The notes below the pieces were generated by a model. The model ran no database searches. It saw nothing but the letters and a program-made list of their open reading frames with translations, and was not told the origin of the DNA. Position numbers and translations under genes: made by a program. From Candidatus Omnitrophota bacterium (GTDB lineage Bacteria; Omnitrophota; Gorgyraeia; JAFGHF01), in assembly GCA_016939375.1 (NCBI GenBank), contig JAFGHF010000034.1, forward strand, positions 13,950 through 77,949: 64,000 nucleotides of DNA, written 5' to 3'. How positions within the stretch are numbered: the first letter of the stretch is position 1; each line of letters begins with the position of its first letter. This document shows, one piece after another, positions 8,369 through 17,831 of this stretch.

Positions 8369-9817
8369 TTACTTTATAGCGGTTTCGGCTTGCTTATCTT
8401 TCTTTATAGAATTACATTTTTCCGGACATTCGCCTGTCCAGCAATATAGACACAACTTTTTCTTTGGCAGGCCGATAGCATCGACCATATCGCCTACCTT
8501 CTGATATCTTAAACTGCTCACTTCTAGATCTTTAGTGATCCATTCTACCATCCGCTTGTATTCATCCGTGCTCTCATCCAAGTATTTGGAGACATCCTCT
8601 ATGTCCCGTCCCTCTAGGCTACGGATAGCTTTGCGGGCCGCCAATTCATTGATGCTACGCGTAGATAGGTTAAATTTACAGGGAAACATTAACGGCGGAC
8701 AAGCGGGCCTGATATGTATCTGGCGGGCCCCGGCATCCCATAGTTTCTTGACAGTGAAATTTTTAAGCTGGGTACCTCTGACAATTGAATCTTCGCAGAC
8801 GACTATCCTATTTCCATCGATTATCTCTTTAATAGGGATAAGCTTTAATTTGGCTATTAAATCACGGGACTCCTGCGAGGGCGGGGTGTAACTGCGGCCA
8901 TATCCCGGCGTATATTTTACCAGGGGCCGCTTAAACGGTTTTGCTGACTCTATGGCATAACCTAAGGCATGGCCGGTCCCGGAATCAGGCACACCGGAAA
9001 CAATATCCACCTCTATATCTCTGTCGCGCTTGGCCAAAAGCCTGCCACATCTTTCCCTTACCTGTTCGACATTTATCCCTTCATAGCTGGAAGCTGGAAA
9101 ACCGGTATATATCCAAAGAAAAGCACAGATTTGTTCGGTGTCTTGAGCTTGTTTCTTCTGCACCAGCCCACCTTCATTGATCAATACTATTTCTCCGGGC
9201 TGAAGATACCTTTCGACCTCAAGCCCGAGGTTGGGAAAGGCGCTTGTCTCCGAAGTCACCGCCCATTCATTCTGCCGCCTTCCTATAACCAGGGGAGTAT
9301 AGCCTAATCTATCGCGGGCGGCATAGACCCCGTCTTTGCTCAATAATAAAAGCGAACAAGAGCCGACTATATCTTCAAACATCCTCTCTATGCCGTCGAT
9401 TATGTTTTCGCCCTGACTGATTAATTTAGCCGCTAATTCCGTGGTATTGACCGTGCCCTTGCTTACTTCGCTGAAAGAAATCCCTTTATTTAAGAGTCGT
9501 TCTGCCAATTCCTCGGCATTTTCTATTAGTCCGTTTGTGACAATGCAAAAGGGGCCAAACTTGGACTGCAGATAAATAGGCTGTTCATCAAAGGCGCTGA
9601 TTGCCCCGATGCCTTTTGTGCCTTTCATTCTTTTATAATCTTCGTAGAACTTGGATTTAAACTGGCTTTGACTGATGCTATGTATCTGGCGCACAAAATC
9701 ATCTCCTAAAACAGCCATCCCGCCGTACTCAGTACCTAGATGTGAATGGTAGTCGGTGCCAAAAAACAGTACTTCCGTACAGTCTTTTTCTGATACCGCG
9801 CCAAAGATCCCGCTCAT
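8369..9817 (-). CDS. Amidophosphoribosyltransferase-like protein (PurF family) with Ser in place of the N-terminal nucleophile Cys
   Basis: Full PurF architecture is present: Ntn glutaminase domain (MSGIFG..., YTGFPAS), PRTase motif IVVCEDSIVRGTQL, VSGVPDSG, and C-terminal Cys ligands (PACPP..FPC, CLYCWTGEC) like those of [4Fe-4S] PurF. Residue 2 is encoded by AGC (Ser) rather than TGC (Cys). A strong GGGGAGGAAAAG SD precedes the ATG. Confidence 0.75.
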   Translation of the reverse strand: MSGIFGAVSEKDCTEVLFFGTDYHSHLGTEYGGMAVLGDDFVRQIHSISQSQFKSKFYEDYKRMKGTKGIGAISAFDEQPIYLQSKFGPFCIVTNGLIENAEELAERLLNKGISFSEVSKGTVNTTELAAKLISQGENIIDGIERMFEDIVGSCSLLLLSKDGVYAARDRLGYTPLVIGRRQNEWAVTSETSAFPNLGLEVERYLQPGEIVLINEGGLVQKKQAQDTEQICAFLWIYTGFPASSYEGINVEQVRERCGRLLAKRDRDIEVDIVSGVPDSGTGHALGYAIESAKPFKRPLVKYTPGYGRSYTPPSQESRDLIAKLKLIPIKEIIDGNRIVVCEDSIVRGTQLKNFTVKKLWDAGARQIHIRPACPPLMFPCKFNLSTRSINELAARKAIRSLEGRDIEDVSKYLDESTDEYKRMVEWITKDLEVSSLRYQKVGDMVDAIGLPKKKLCLYCWTGECPEKCNSIKKDKQAETAIK

Positions 9818-9857
9818 CTTTTCCTCCCCTAATTTATTAAGTTTTACGACTTAAACT

Positions 9858-11219
9858 TTACAAACTCAATAATGCCCTGGCAATTTCAAAGTAGATGATT
9901 AAGGCTGTTATGTCGACAACTGTTGAAATAAAAGGTCCTGCCGCAACTGCCGGATCGACTTTGAGTTTTTTCAATAGTAACGGCAGAAAGGCACCGCTTA
10001 ATGTAGCCATCACGATAGTAGCAGCTAAAGCAAGTCCTACGGCAAGACTGACAAATGGGTTTTTCTGCAGCAACAACGCTCTGCCCACCCCTAAAATTCC
10101 CAGCAAACTGCCTAGAACCAAACCTAGGCTTATTTCCCTACGCATAACTTTAAGCACTTGATTAAGATGTATGTCTCCCGTGGCCAATCCTCTTATGATA
10201 GTGGTGCTGGATTGAGTACCTGCGTTACCGGCCGTATTAAGAAGCATGGGGATGAAGTATGAGAGTGCCACCACCGCCTCTAAGGCAAAACCATAATGTT
10301 TTAATATTTGTCCGGAAAATTGCACAGCCGCAAGCAAAATTATCAACCAGACTATACGCCGTCGGACAAGAGTCAGAAAGCCGGTATCGAAATAGGGGTC
10401 TTCCGGAGCCAACATAGCCGCCATTTTGTAGAAGTCTTCTGTATTTTCGTCCCGGACTACATCGAGAATATCATCGACTGTCACTATGCCTACCAACTTT
10501 TTATCTTTGTCTATTACCGGTAAGGCCAATAGATTATATTTACGTACTGTGCGGGCCACTTCTTCCTGATCCTGATATGCCTGGGCTTTTATTACTTTAC
10601 GGTTCATTATCTTTTTTATCGGCGCAGTCGGATCAGACAAAAATATGTCCTTAAGTGAAACAAAACCTATCAGTTTCTCCTGCTGATCGGTCACATAAGT
10701 ATAGTATATTGTTTCTTTCTTGGGGGCCGCCAGCTTGATGATCTCCGAAGCCTCGGCTACAGTCAATTCAGGGGTCAAAGAGATGTATTCGGTAGTCATA
10801 ATACTGCCGGCAGAATTAGGCGGGTATTTTAGAAGTTTCTCGACATCTTTACGCTCAGACTCGCTCATCAAGTTGAGAAATTTATTGGCTACTTCGTCTG
10901 GCAGGCTGCTAAGCAGGTCTGCCCGCTCGTCAGAAGACATCTCATTGAGAAGGTACGTCGATAATTCCTTTTCCAAGCTGTGCAAAAGCTCGAACTGCTC
11001 ATATTCGTCCAGTTCGTCAAAGATTTCGATCACCTGTTTTTTATCCAGGCGACTTATCAAGGCAACCTGTTCTTTTATATCCAAATCAAAAATGGTATCG
11101 GCGATATCAGCGGGATGCATTTCCTTTACCGCTTCCTGCAACTCTTCCTTCTTATTCAGCTTGAGAAGCTCTCTGATTTCAGGCGTCATGATTGATGCAG
11201 GTCTCATATGTATCACCAC
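9858..11219 (-). CDS. mgtE: Magnesium transporter MgtE
   Basis: MgtE N-domain, tandem CBS pair and C-terminal TM domain with the conserved GNAGTQSS...ATGD region; 453 aa. Confidence 0.9.
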   Translation of the reverse strand: MVIHMRPASIMTPEIRELLKLNKKEELQEAVKEMHPADIADTIFDLDIKEQVALISRLDKKQVIEIFDELDEYEQFELLHSLEKELSTYLLNEMSSDERADLLSSLPDEVANKFLNLMSESERKDVEKLLKYPPNSAGSIMTTEYISLTPELTVAEASEIIKLAAPKKETIYYTYVTDQQEKLIGFVSLKDIFLSDPTAPIKKIMNRKVIKAQAYQDQEEVARTVRKYNLLALPVIDKDKKLVGIVTVDDILDVVRDENTEDFYKMAAMLAPEDPYFDTGFLTLVRRRIVWLIILLAAVQFSGQILKHYGFALEAVVALSYFIPMLLNTAGNAGTQSSTTIIRGLATGDIHLNQVLKVMRREISLGLVLGSLLGILGVGRALLLQKNPFVSLAVGLALAATIVMATLSGAFLPLLLKKLKVDPAVAAGPFISTVVDITALIIYFEIARALLSL

Positions 11220-11220
11220 C

Positions 11221-11973
11221 TTATAATATTAAAAAACTTAAAGCTAGCGCTAGGATCAAGCAGTAGTATCCAAAGAAATGCAACTTTGCTTTGCGAATGG
11301 CTAAAAGCAAAATTTTCAGAGCCAATAGACCGCTCAAAAAAGAAGTAAAAAAGGCAAAAGACATATATTTAAGTTCGCATAGCGCAAGATTAGAAAAACA
11401 TCCTAATTCTAGAAAAAGCGCTCCCAAAACGGCCAATATCGAAGCTAAAAAGGAAAACTTAAACGCTGTCTCGCGTTCCACGTTGCGCAATAAAAGGGTA
11501 GAAATAGTAAGCCCGGAACGGGAAAGTCCGGGAATTACGCAAATCCCTTGTACCAGGCCAAAGCATACTGCATCCGCAGGCTTTAGATGGGTAAGCTTTC
11601 TGCCATCAAGCGCATGCCTTTTCGTAAATATCAGTACTATCCCTGTTATCGCTAAGGGCAAAGATACGTATTTAGCCGACAAAAACAGGCTTTCAAAAAA
11701 ACCTTTGCCTAGAATCGCGACTAAAGCGGTCGAAAAAGTGGCCAACAGCACTAAAAAGATTATTTTTTTGTTTAAAAAACTTTTTATATCGCGATATAAA
11801 AAGACGATTATCGCCAGCAAAGTGCCCAGATGCAATACAATATCCAATATAAGCTGATTGTCCTGGATATCTAGAAGTTCCTGAAATATGACCAAATGAG
11901 CGGAACTGCTTACCGGCAAAAATTCGGTCAATCCCTGAATCAGCCCTAAAAATATATATTTAATTACCAGCAT
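11221..11973 (-). CDS. uppP: Undecaprenyl-diphosphatase
   Basis: GLIQGLTEFLPVSSSAHL BacA/UppP signature and PGLSRSG motif; 250 aa polytopic membrane protein. Confidence 0.9.
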   Translation of the reverse strand: MLVIKYIFLGLIQGLTEFLPVSSSAHLVIFQELLDIQDNQLILDIVLHLGTLLAIIVFLYRDIKSFLNKKIIFLVLLATFSTALVAILGKGFFESLFLSAKYVSLPLAITGIVLIFTKRHALDGRKLTHLKPADAVCFGLVQGICVIPGLSRSGLTISTLLLRNVERETAFKFSFLASILAVLGALFLELGCFSNLALCELKYMSFAFFTSFLSGLLALKILLLAIRKAKLHFFGYYCLILALALSFLIL

Positions 11974-12877
11974 TTTCTATGACGATGTCTTTTACATATA
12001 AAGTGCTTTGGGCGGGATTCTGCACTGTGGAGAAGCCAAATTCAAGCCCTATATGCACAACGCTGGAGAGGTCTATTTTTGATTGATGTTCTATCGGTCT
12101 TATTACTACTTGCTGCCAATCGTCCAAGAGACCCTCCTCCCTCATTATCACCAATTGCGGCTCATAATCCTTAGCGAATTTATCGCGGAATGTCAACTCT
12201 AGTTTCTCTCCCCCTTCTTTGCCTTTTAGCGTAAGCACTATTTGCTTTTTTCGTAAATCCAGAGGGCTGGCGAAATCCATACCCATACATGACCAGGTAC
12301 GAAAACTGCCGTTGACCAACTTCAGCGACTCATCTTCCTGTGAATGCACACAGGCTCCATAAAAGCCCAATTTCTTTACCAGCTGCGGGTCTTGTTTGCC
12401 TTCTCTTATTATCGAGCCTTTTTCGGGCTGTTTTGGTGCAGAAAGTGAAGTCAGCTTGGCCTGTGCTTGAAAATCATCGGGCACAAGCGCGCAATATCTC
12501 TTAAGATGTTTTTGGGCCTTCTTCGCATCTCCATTACTTAAACTTATTTCTGACAAAAGATAATGCGGCTCTGGCACATCCGGATATTCCTTGGTAAATT
12601 GCAAAAATATATCTTCGGCCTGCTCATAATCACCCCTTTGATAATCGACAATGGCCTTGAGATAACTAAACCTGGGTTCATCCGGATATTGAGCGATCAA
12701 TTCCTGCAAAAGCACAGAGGCCTCCTGATACATCTCTGTCTCAAAGTAGATCTGCAGCTTTTCTAGCTTTTCATCTACCTGCGATTCGTATTCCCAGGTC
12801 ACATCAAAACAGTAGCCGTTAAACGCCGCTAAAACAAGCATGGCCATTAAAATAACAATTTGTTTTGCTCTGTCCAT
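11960..12877 (-). CDS. Secreted TPR-repeat protein with an uncharacterised C-terminal domain
   Basis: Signal-peptide-like MDRAKQIVILMAMLVLAAF followed by TPR-like repeats (YQEASVLLQELIAQYPDEP..., YEQAEDIFLQFTKEYPD...). The track start at 12925 overlaps the upstream gene by 79 nt, so the start was moved to the internal Met. Confidence 0.45.
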   Translation of the reverse strand: MDRAKQIVILMAMLVLAAFNGYCFDVTWEYESQVDEKLEKLQIYFETEMYQEASVLLQELIAQYPDEPRFSYLKAIVDYQRGDYEQAEDIFLQFTKEYPDVPEPHYLLSEISLSNGDAKKAQKHLKRYCALVPDDFQAQAKLTSLSAPKQPEKGSIIREGKQDPQLVKKLGFYGACVHSQEDESLKLVNGSFRTWSCMGMDFASPLDLRKKQIVLTLKGKEGGEKLELTFRDKFAKDYEPQLVIMREEGLLDDWQQVVIRPIEHQSKIDLSSVVHIGLEFGFSTVQNPAQSTLYVKDIVIENAGN

Positions 12878-13878
12878 TTGATTAACCTCCTTGTCCCTTC
12901 CTGTATAGGTATTTCTGGTTGCCAATTAAGTTTTTCTTTTAGTTTGTCTATATTTGATATGTATACCTTTTGGTCTAACGGCCTCCAATTAGAAAAGTTT
13001 ACTTTTGTCGTAGAATTCAACTCCTTGTCTAAAAACTTCAAAAAGTCAAGTAGTGAAATGCAATTATTAGGGCCTCCTCCTATATTAAATACAGCGTGTT
13101 TTAGATCGCTTTTGATGAAAGCGTCAAATGCATAGATCAGATCCTCGACATACAGAAGATCCCTCACCTGCTTGCCGTCTCCATAAATAGTTATCGGCTT
13201 CTTAAGCAGACTGGCCACAACAAACCAGGCCACCCAACCTTGGTCTTCAAAACCAAATTGCCTTGTGCCGTATATACAGCTCATCCGAAATACGGCTGTG
13301 CGCATCCCGTATACTCTGGCATATTCTTGGGTGTAAAGGTCTCCCACATACTTACTCGCGCCATAGGGGGTATGCCCGGTATGATCTATGGGAACAGCCT
13401 CATCAATATCGCTTATATCTTTATACCTGTATTGCGAGGCGTTCTCCTCTAAACCATACCTGTCTACATTTTCGCCGTATACTTTATTGGTTGAGCAATA
13501 GATAAATGTGGCCCCGGGAGAATGTTTCCTTAACGCCTCTAATACGTTTAAGGTCCCATAGGCGTTGATAGCGAAATCTTCCCTGGGGATTCTGGAAGAA
13601 GAAGGCACGCCCGGTTGAGCAGCAGCGTGGATCACCACGTCTACGCCTTTAACGACTTTTGCTACGTCTTCTTCATCCCTAATATCCCCGATGACCCTGT
13701 TGATATTTTCATATTGCTTTAGATAATCCCAATTATAGCCCACGCATTTCTTCGTAGACCCAAAAAGTTTGGGACGGATCAAGTTGTCAAAGGCAATAAC
13801 ATCCGCTTTTTGACGGGCATAATATTCGGCTGCATGGCTGCCCACCAGACCTGCGCCACCGGTGACCAAAACCCTCAT
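12847..13878 (-). CDS. NAD-dependent epimerase/dehydratase (extended SDR, sugar-nucleotide epimerase family)
   Basis: MRVLVTGGAGLVGSH Rossmann motif and a YxxxK region (YGASKYVGD); 343 aa. Confidence 0.8.
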   Translation of the reverse strand: MRVLVTGGAGLVGSHAAEYYARQKADVIAFDNLIRPKLFGSTKKCVGYNWDYLKQYENINRVIGDIRDEEDVAKVVKGVDVVIHAAAQPGVPSSSRIPREDFAINAYGTLNVLEALRKHSPGATFIYCSTNKVYGENVDRYGLEENASQYRYKDISDIDEAVPIDHTGHTPYGASKYVGDLYTQEYARVYGMRTAVFRMSCIYGTRQFGFEDQGWVAWFVVASLLKKPITIYGDGKQVRDLLYVEDLIYAFDAFIKSDLKHAVFNIGGGPNNCISLLDFLKFLDKELNSTTKVNFSNWRPLDQKVYISNIDKLKEKLNWQPEIPIQEGTRRLIKWTEQNKLLF

Positions 13879-13881
13879 GGC

Positions 13882-14853
13882 CTACAACTCCCCTACTATC
13901 TCATCAAGCAGGTCTTTGAAGGTGACTATACCTACTTGATTTTTATCTGCGTCCACTAAAACCGCTATCTGCTTTCTCTCAAGCTGTAGAGAAAAAAACA
14001 CTTTATCGATGGGGCTCTCCCAAAATATATAAAGCACGGGGCGCAAACAGTCTAACAACCTCTTACATTTATCCTGTTCGTAAAGGGCATCAAAGACATT
14101 GGCAAAACCTATGATATTTTCCTTCTTACCTTTATATACGGGGATGCGGGAAAAACCTTTTTCTCTGGAGAGCTCTTTCAGGCGTTTTGGACTATCCTGA
14201 GCCTCGATACTGATTACATCTTTTATGGGCACCATAATCTCTTTTACTTTCTTGCTACCGAACTCAAATATCCTATGGATGATCGCCCGTTCATGCGGCT
14301 TGATCTCATCGTCTTTTTTGCTTTCCCTGATCAACAACTTTAACTCTTCACGAGTAACGAAAAGGCTCTTTTTGGCTTCTTGCTTTCCCCGAAAAGGCAA
14401 AAGCATGATCCTGGCAATATAAGTGACCGCTATCGCCACAGGCCAAAAGAGAACACTGAAAAAACGCAGCATTTTGGCTGTCCGTAAAGTGATCCGGTCA
14501 GCATAATATCTAAACACTGCCTTAGGTATCGCTTCGCCAAAAATCAAGATAATCGGCGTCATGACTAAAGTAGTCAACCAGACGTATTGCTTGCCCAAAG
14601 TATCGGCGACCAGGGCCGTAAATAAAGCCGAAGATATGACTACGGAAAGGTTGGTACCCACCAAGGTCGTGCTCAATAGCCTATCCGGAAAACGTAATAG
14701 GCGTTTTATTAATACGGCACTGGGCACATTACTCTGGGCCAACTGTTCCAACTTTATGCGGTTTACCGAAATCACACCCATCTCCGAGCCAGAGAAGAAA
14801 GCCTCTAATAAAACAAATATGCCGGCTGTAAACAAAAGCCAAAAGATGCTCAT
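13882..14853 (-). CDS. CNNM-family transporter (DUF21 transmembrane domain plus CBS pair)
   Basis: N-terminal 4-TM DUF21 (EAFFSGSEMGVISVNRIKLEQL) followed by a CBS pair; no C-terminal CorC_HlyC domain. Confidence 0.7.
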   Translation of the reverse strand: MSIFWLLFTAGIFVLLEAFFSGSEMGVISVNRIKLEQLAQSNVPSAVLIKRLLRFPDRLLSTTLVGTNLSVVISSALFTALVADTLGKQYVWLTTLVMTPIILIFGEAIPKAVFRYYADRITLRTAKMLRFFSVLFWPVAIAVTYIARIMLLPFRGKQEAKKSLFVTREELKLLIRESKKDDEIKPHERAIIHRIFEFGSKKVKEIMVPIKDVISIEAQDSPKRLKELSREKGFSRIPVYKGKKENIIGFANVFDALYEQDKCKRLLDCLRPVLYIFWESPIDKVFFSLQLERKQIAVLVDADKNQVGIVTFKDLLDEIVGEL

Positions 14854-16130
14854 GAGGGCTTAGCCTTTTTTTCTTGTGTTGAGTGATGTTTATAATGGTG
14901 TTTTTCGTGTGTCATTGTGATCTTGCGTATTCTACGTTTACGTACATCATCTACCGTAAAAAGATAGTTCCTATGCCTTATGCTTTCTCCTGATTTAGGG
15001 ATTCTGCCAAAAAGATGGCCAATCAGACCGGCTACTGTCTGTACATCTTCGACCTTGAAATGGGTATGCAATTCTTCATTTAAATCGTGCAGGGAAGTCT
15101 TGCCGCTTACCGAAACTGAGTTCTCATCGATTCTGACGATAAGCTTCTCTTCTGTATCGTATTCATCCTGGATTTCGCCTACGATTTCCTCCAGTATGTC
15201 CTCGATGGTAACCAAGCCTGAGGTACCGCCGTATTCGTCTGTTACTATAGCAATATACGATCTTTTGCTTTGAAACTCCAACAATACTTCTTCTATCTTC
15301 TTGGTATCGGGGACAAAAAGAATCGGCTTGACTAATTTTTGCCAATCCGGACAAGGAGCAAGCAGATATTCTTTAGCGTAGACAATCCCCAAGATATTGT
15401 CTATAGTCTCTTTATATACCGGCAGTTTAGAATGGCGGTTGGATTTAAGGATCCGCTCAAGCTGCTGGGCATCTTCATTGAAATCGACACCGATTATGTC
15501 TACGCGCGGAGTCATGACCTCATTAACAGACCTTTCTGCGAAGTCGAAAACATTAGAGATCATCTGCTCTTCTTCTTTGCTCACTACCCCCTCTTTCTCT
15601 CCGATGGAAAGCAATCCTCTGACCTCTTCTTCGGTCAGGAACGGTTCCTTTAAATATTGGCGGCCGATAATGCGCTGAGAGAAGAAATCGGCAATCTTCG
15701 CCCATAACCAACGCAGGGGAAATATTAATTTGGCAAAAAGTTGTAAATAGCGTGCGATAAAGCAAGAAAAGTCTTCTGCGTGGGTAATGGCAAAAGTCTT
15801 AGGAGTGACCTCTCCAAATATTAAAAGCAAGGCAGTAGTAAAACCGACTGCGATACCCAATGCCTTTTGGCCGCTAATACGTATGGCTGTTTCAGTTACC
15901 AAGGCACTAGCAGAGACATTGACCAACATATTCCCGGTAAGAATAGTATTGAGGGTTCTGCGGGGCGAGCTCAATAGATTTTCGATTACAGCGCACTGCC
16001 CCGGCTGGATTTTTTTGAGCCTACGCAACTGCATTTTTGACAAAGAAAAAAGAGCCGTCTCGCTGGCAGAAAAAATCCCTGAAAGGACAAGCAACATTAC
16101 AAAACCTATAATATGCCAGGTCAAAACCAA
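14850..16130 (-). CDS. HlyC/CorC family transporter (DUF21-CBS-CorC_HlyC)
   Basis: GIFSASETALFSLSKMQLRRL DUF21, CBS pair and C-terminal CorC_HlyC-like domain, ending in a His/Lys-rich tail (HEKHHYKHH). Confidence 0.8.
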   Translation of the reverse strand: MVLTWHIIGFVMLLVLSGIFSASETALFSLSKMQLRRLKKIQPGQCAVIENLLSSPRRTLNTILTGNMLVNVSASALVTETAIRISGQKALGIAVGFTTALLLIFGEVTPKTFAITHAEDFSCFIARYLQLFAKLIFPLRWLWAKIADFFSQRIIGRQYLKEPFLTEEEVRGLLSIGEKEGVVSKEEEQMISNVFDFAERSVNEVMTPRVDIIGVDFNEDAQQLERILKSNRHSKLPVYKETIDNILGIVYAKEYLLAPCPDWQKLVKPILFVPDTKKIEEVLLEFQSKRSYIAIVTDEYGGTSGLVTIEDILEEIVGEIQDEYDTEEKLIVRIDENSVSVSGKTSLHDLNEELHTHFKVEDVQTVAGLIGHLFGRIPKSGESIRHRNYLFTVDDVRKRRIRKITMTHEKHHYKHHSTQEKKAKPS

Positions 16131-16184
16131 TTAAGTCACCCTTTGACTTTAGTTAGAATGGCTTATTTTAAACGGATATCAAAC

Positions 16185-16913
16185 TTAGATTACCCCTGCC
16201 GCTTTTCTTAGAGCGCGCAACTCCTTAGCTGTAAGCCTACGCCAATTGCCGGTTTTCAGCTGGCCTAACTTCAAAGGACCAAAAGCCACCCTCTCTATAC
16301 TCAAAACAGGGTGCCTGATCATGGCAAACATCTTTTTTATCTGCCGCTTGCGTCCTTCGGTCAGCCGGATTTCTAATCCGGAAAAAGATTTTTCATCAGC
16401 AATAAGGTCGATCTTGCAAGGAAAGGTCTTTTTTCCTTCCAAAACTACGCCATTTTCCAACTTCTTAAGTGCCTTGGGCGAAATACTCCCCCGCACACAG
16501 ACCCGATAGACCTTTTTAATCCCAAACTTGGGGTGGGATAAACGATAGGCTACTTCACCATCGTTGGTTAAAATTATTAATCCTGTAGTATCTTTATCTA
16601 ACCTGCCTATTGGATAAATACGCAGGCTATTGCAACCGATTAAATCGATTACCTTGCGGCTGGCATATTTATCACGGACAGTAGCTACTACATCTTTAGG
16701 TTTGTTTAGTAAAAAATATACTTTCTTTTGTATGCAAGTGCTTTTATTATCAAGGGTTATATTGTCTTTGCCTATCTCTACTCGCTGCCCCGGCTTTAAG
16801 ATTATCTTACCGTCTACTTTTACTCTTCCGGATTTAATAATCTCTACCGCGGATCTCCGTGAGGCAAAACCTGATCTTGCCAAAGCAACCTGTAAGCGTA
16901 CTTTTTGTCCCAT
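16185..16913 (-). CDS. rluB: Pseudouridine synthase, RsuA/RluB family
   Basis: S4 domain at the N-terminus and catalytic GRLDKDTTGLIILTNDGE motif; 242 aa. Confidence 0.85.
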   Translation of the reverse strand: MGQKVRLQVALARSGFASRRSAVEIIKSGRVKVDGKIILKPGQRVEIGKDNITLDNKSTCIQKKVYFLLNKPKDVVATVRDKYASRKVIDLIGCNSLRIYPIGRLDKDTTGLIILTNDGEVAYRLSHPKFGIKKVYRVCVRGSISPKALKKLENGVVLEGKKTFPCKIDLIADEKSFSGLEIRLTEGRKRQIKKMFAMIRHPVLSIERVAFGPLKLGQLKTGNWRRLTAKELRALRKAAGVI

Positions 16914-17047
16914 TTTAGCCCTAATATCCTACCACAAAGGCCCCCTTTTTGCAAGTGAAATGCAGATTAAGGCCTTTGAGCCTAATACCCGCTGCTTTTG
17001 TCAATTGCTTGACAGGGACCAGAGAAGGTGGTATATTGTTATGCACT

Positions 17048-17809
17048 GTGTTCAGGCTTTGGACAAAAAATTTTATAAATCTAATTTACCCTTTATCTTG
17101 TATAATTTGTAAGATAAAACTGCATCCTTTAAGCGAAAAGCCGTTGTGCGAGAACTGCTGGAATAAAATTGAGTTAACAACGCCTCCTTTTTGCAGGATT
17201 TGCGGAAAAAGCCTCTCTGCCCCGCAAAAACACGGACAGGCAGACAGGCCTGCGAAAACTCAAAATCAAGCCTTTGTATGCAGCAGTTGTCAAAAGTCCT
17301 CATATTTTTTCAAAACATCGCATTCTGTCTGCAGTTACGATGGTATAATTAAAGATTGCATCCATTTGTTTAAGTATAAAGGCAAGCTATCATTGGCCAA
17401 GCCTTTAAGTTTATTCCTGATCGGGTTTGCAAATAAGTTTTTAGATATGGAAAAAGTAGATATGGTCATGCCCGTGCCTTTATGCAGACAGAAAATCCGA
17501 CAAAGGCAGTTTAACCAAGCTTTATTATTAGCCAAACCCCTGGCTTGTGCCTTTGCAACACAAATCGATAACAAGACTTTAGTCAAAGTCAATTCTGGTC
17601 CGGCCCAGGTCTCATTAAGCAAGGCGGAAAGGCTCAATAACGTAAAAGGGGCATTCAGGGTCAAGGGCAGAAGATCAATCAAAGACAAAAGTATTTTGCT
17701 GGTAGACGACGTCTTTACCACTGGCGCGACAGCAAATGAATGTGCTAAAATATTGAAAGAGGCAGGCGCAAGTTCAGTACAAGTATTGACGCTGGCCAGG
17801 AGTAATTGA
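17048..17809 (+). CDS. comF: ComF family protein (phosphoribosyltransferase-domain competence protein ComFC-like)
   Basis: Two CxxC pairs (CIICK...CENCW, CRICGK...CSSCQ) and the C-terminal PRTase motif ILLVDDVFTTGAT. The track ORF starts at ATG 16949, but the first 30 codons look non-coding. GTG 17048 is a plausible true start; this is uncertain. Confidence 0.65.
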   Translation: MFRLWTKNFINLIYPLSCIICKIKLHPLSEKPLCENCWNKIELTTPPFCRICGKSLSAPQKHGQADRPAKTQNQAFVCSSCQKSSYFFKTSHSVCSYDGIIKDCIHLFKYKGKLSLAKPLSLFLIGFANKFLDMEKVDMVMPVPLCRQKIRQRQFNQALLLAKPLACAFATQIDNKTLVKVNSGPAQVSLSKAERLNNVKGAFRVKGRRSIKDKSILLVDDVFTTGATANECAKILKEAGASSVQVLTLARSN

Positions 17810-17831
17810 TATTAAAAGACGTAACATATTT

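Noticed and set aside
9818-11219. M-box (Mg) riboswitch upstream of mgtE, and L-box upstream of lysS
   Set aside because: mgtE is preceded directly by the uppP coding region (1-nt gap). The lysS leader is only about 110 nt and is occupied by a promoter, too short for an L-box.
11291-11857. 188-aa plus-strand ORF
   Set aside because: Entirely antisense to uppP, which has unmistakable BacA motifs. The ORF has no recognisable features.
16630-17112. 160-aa plus-strand ORF and the first 33 codons of the comF track ORF
   Set aside because: Antisense to rluB (a shadow ORF), and the comF N-terminal extension is low-complexity. GTG 17048 is the more plausible start.
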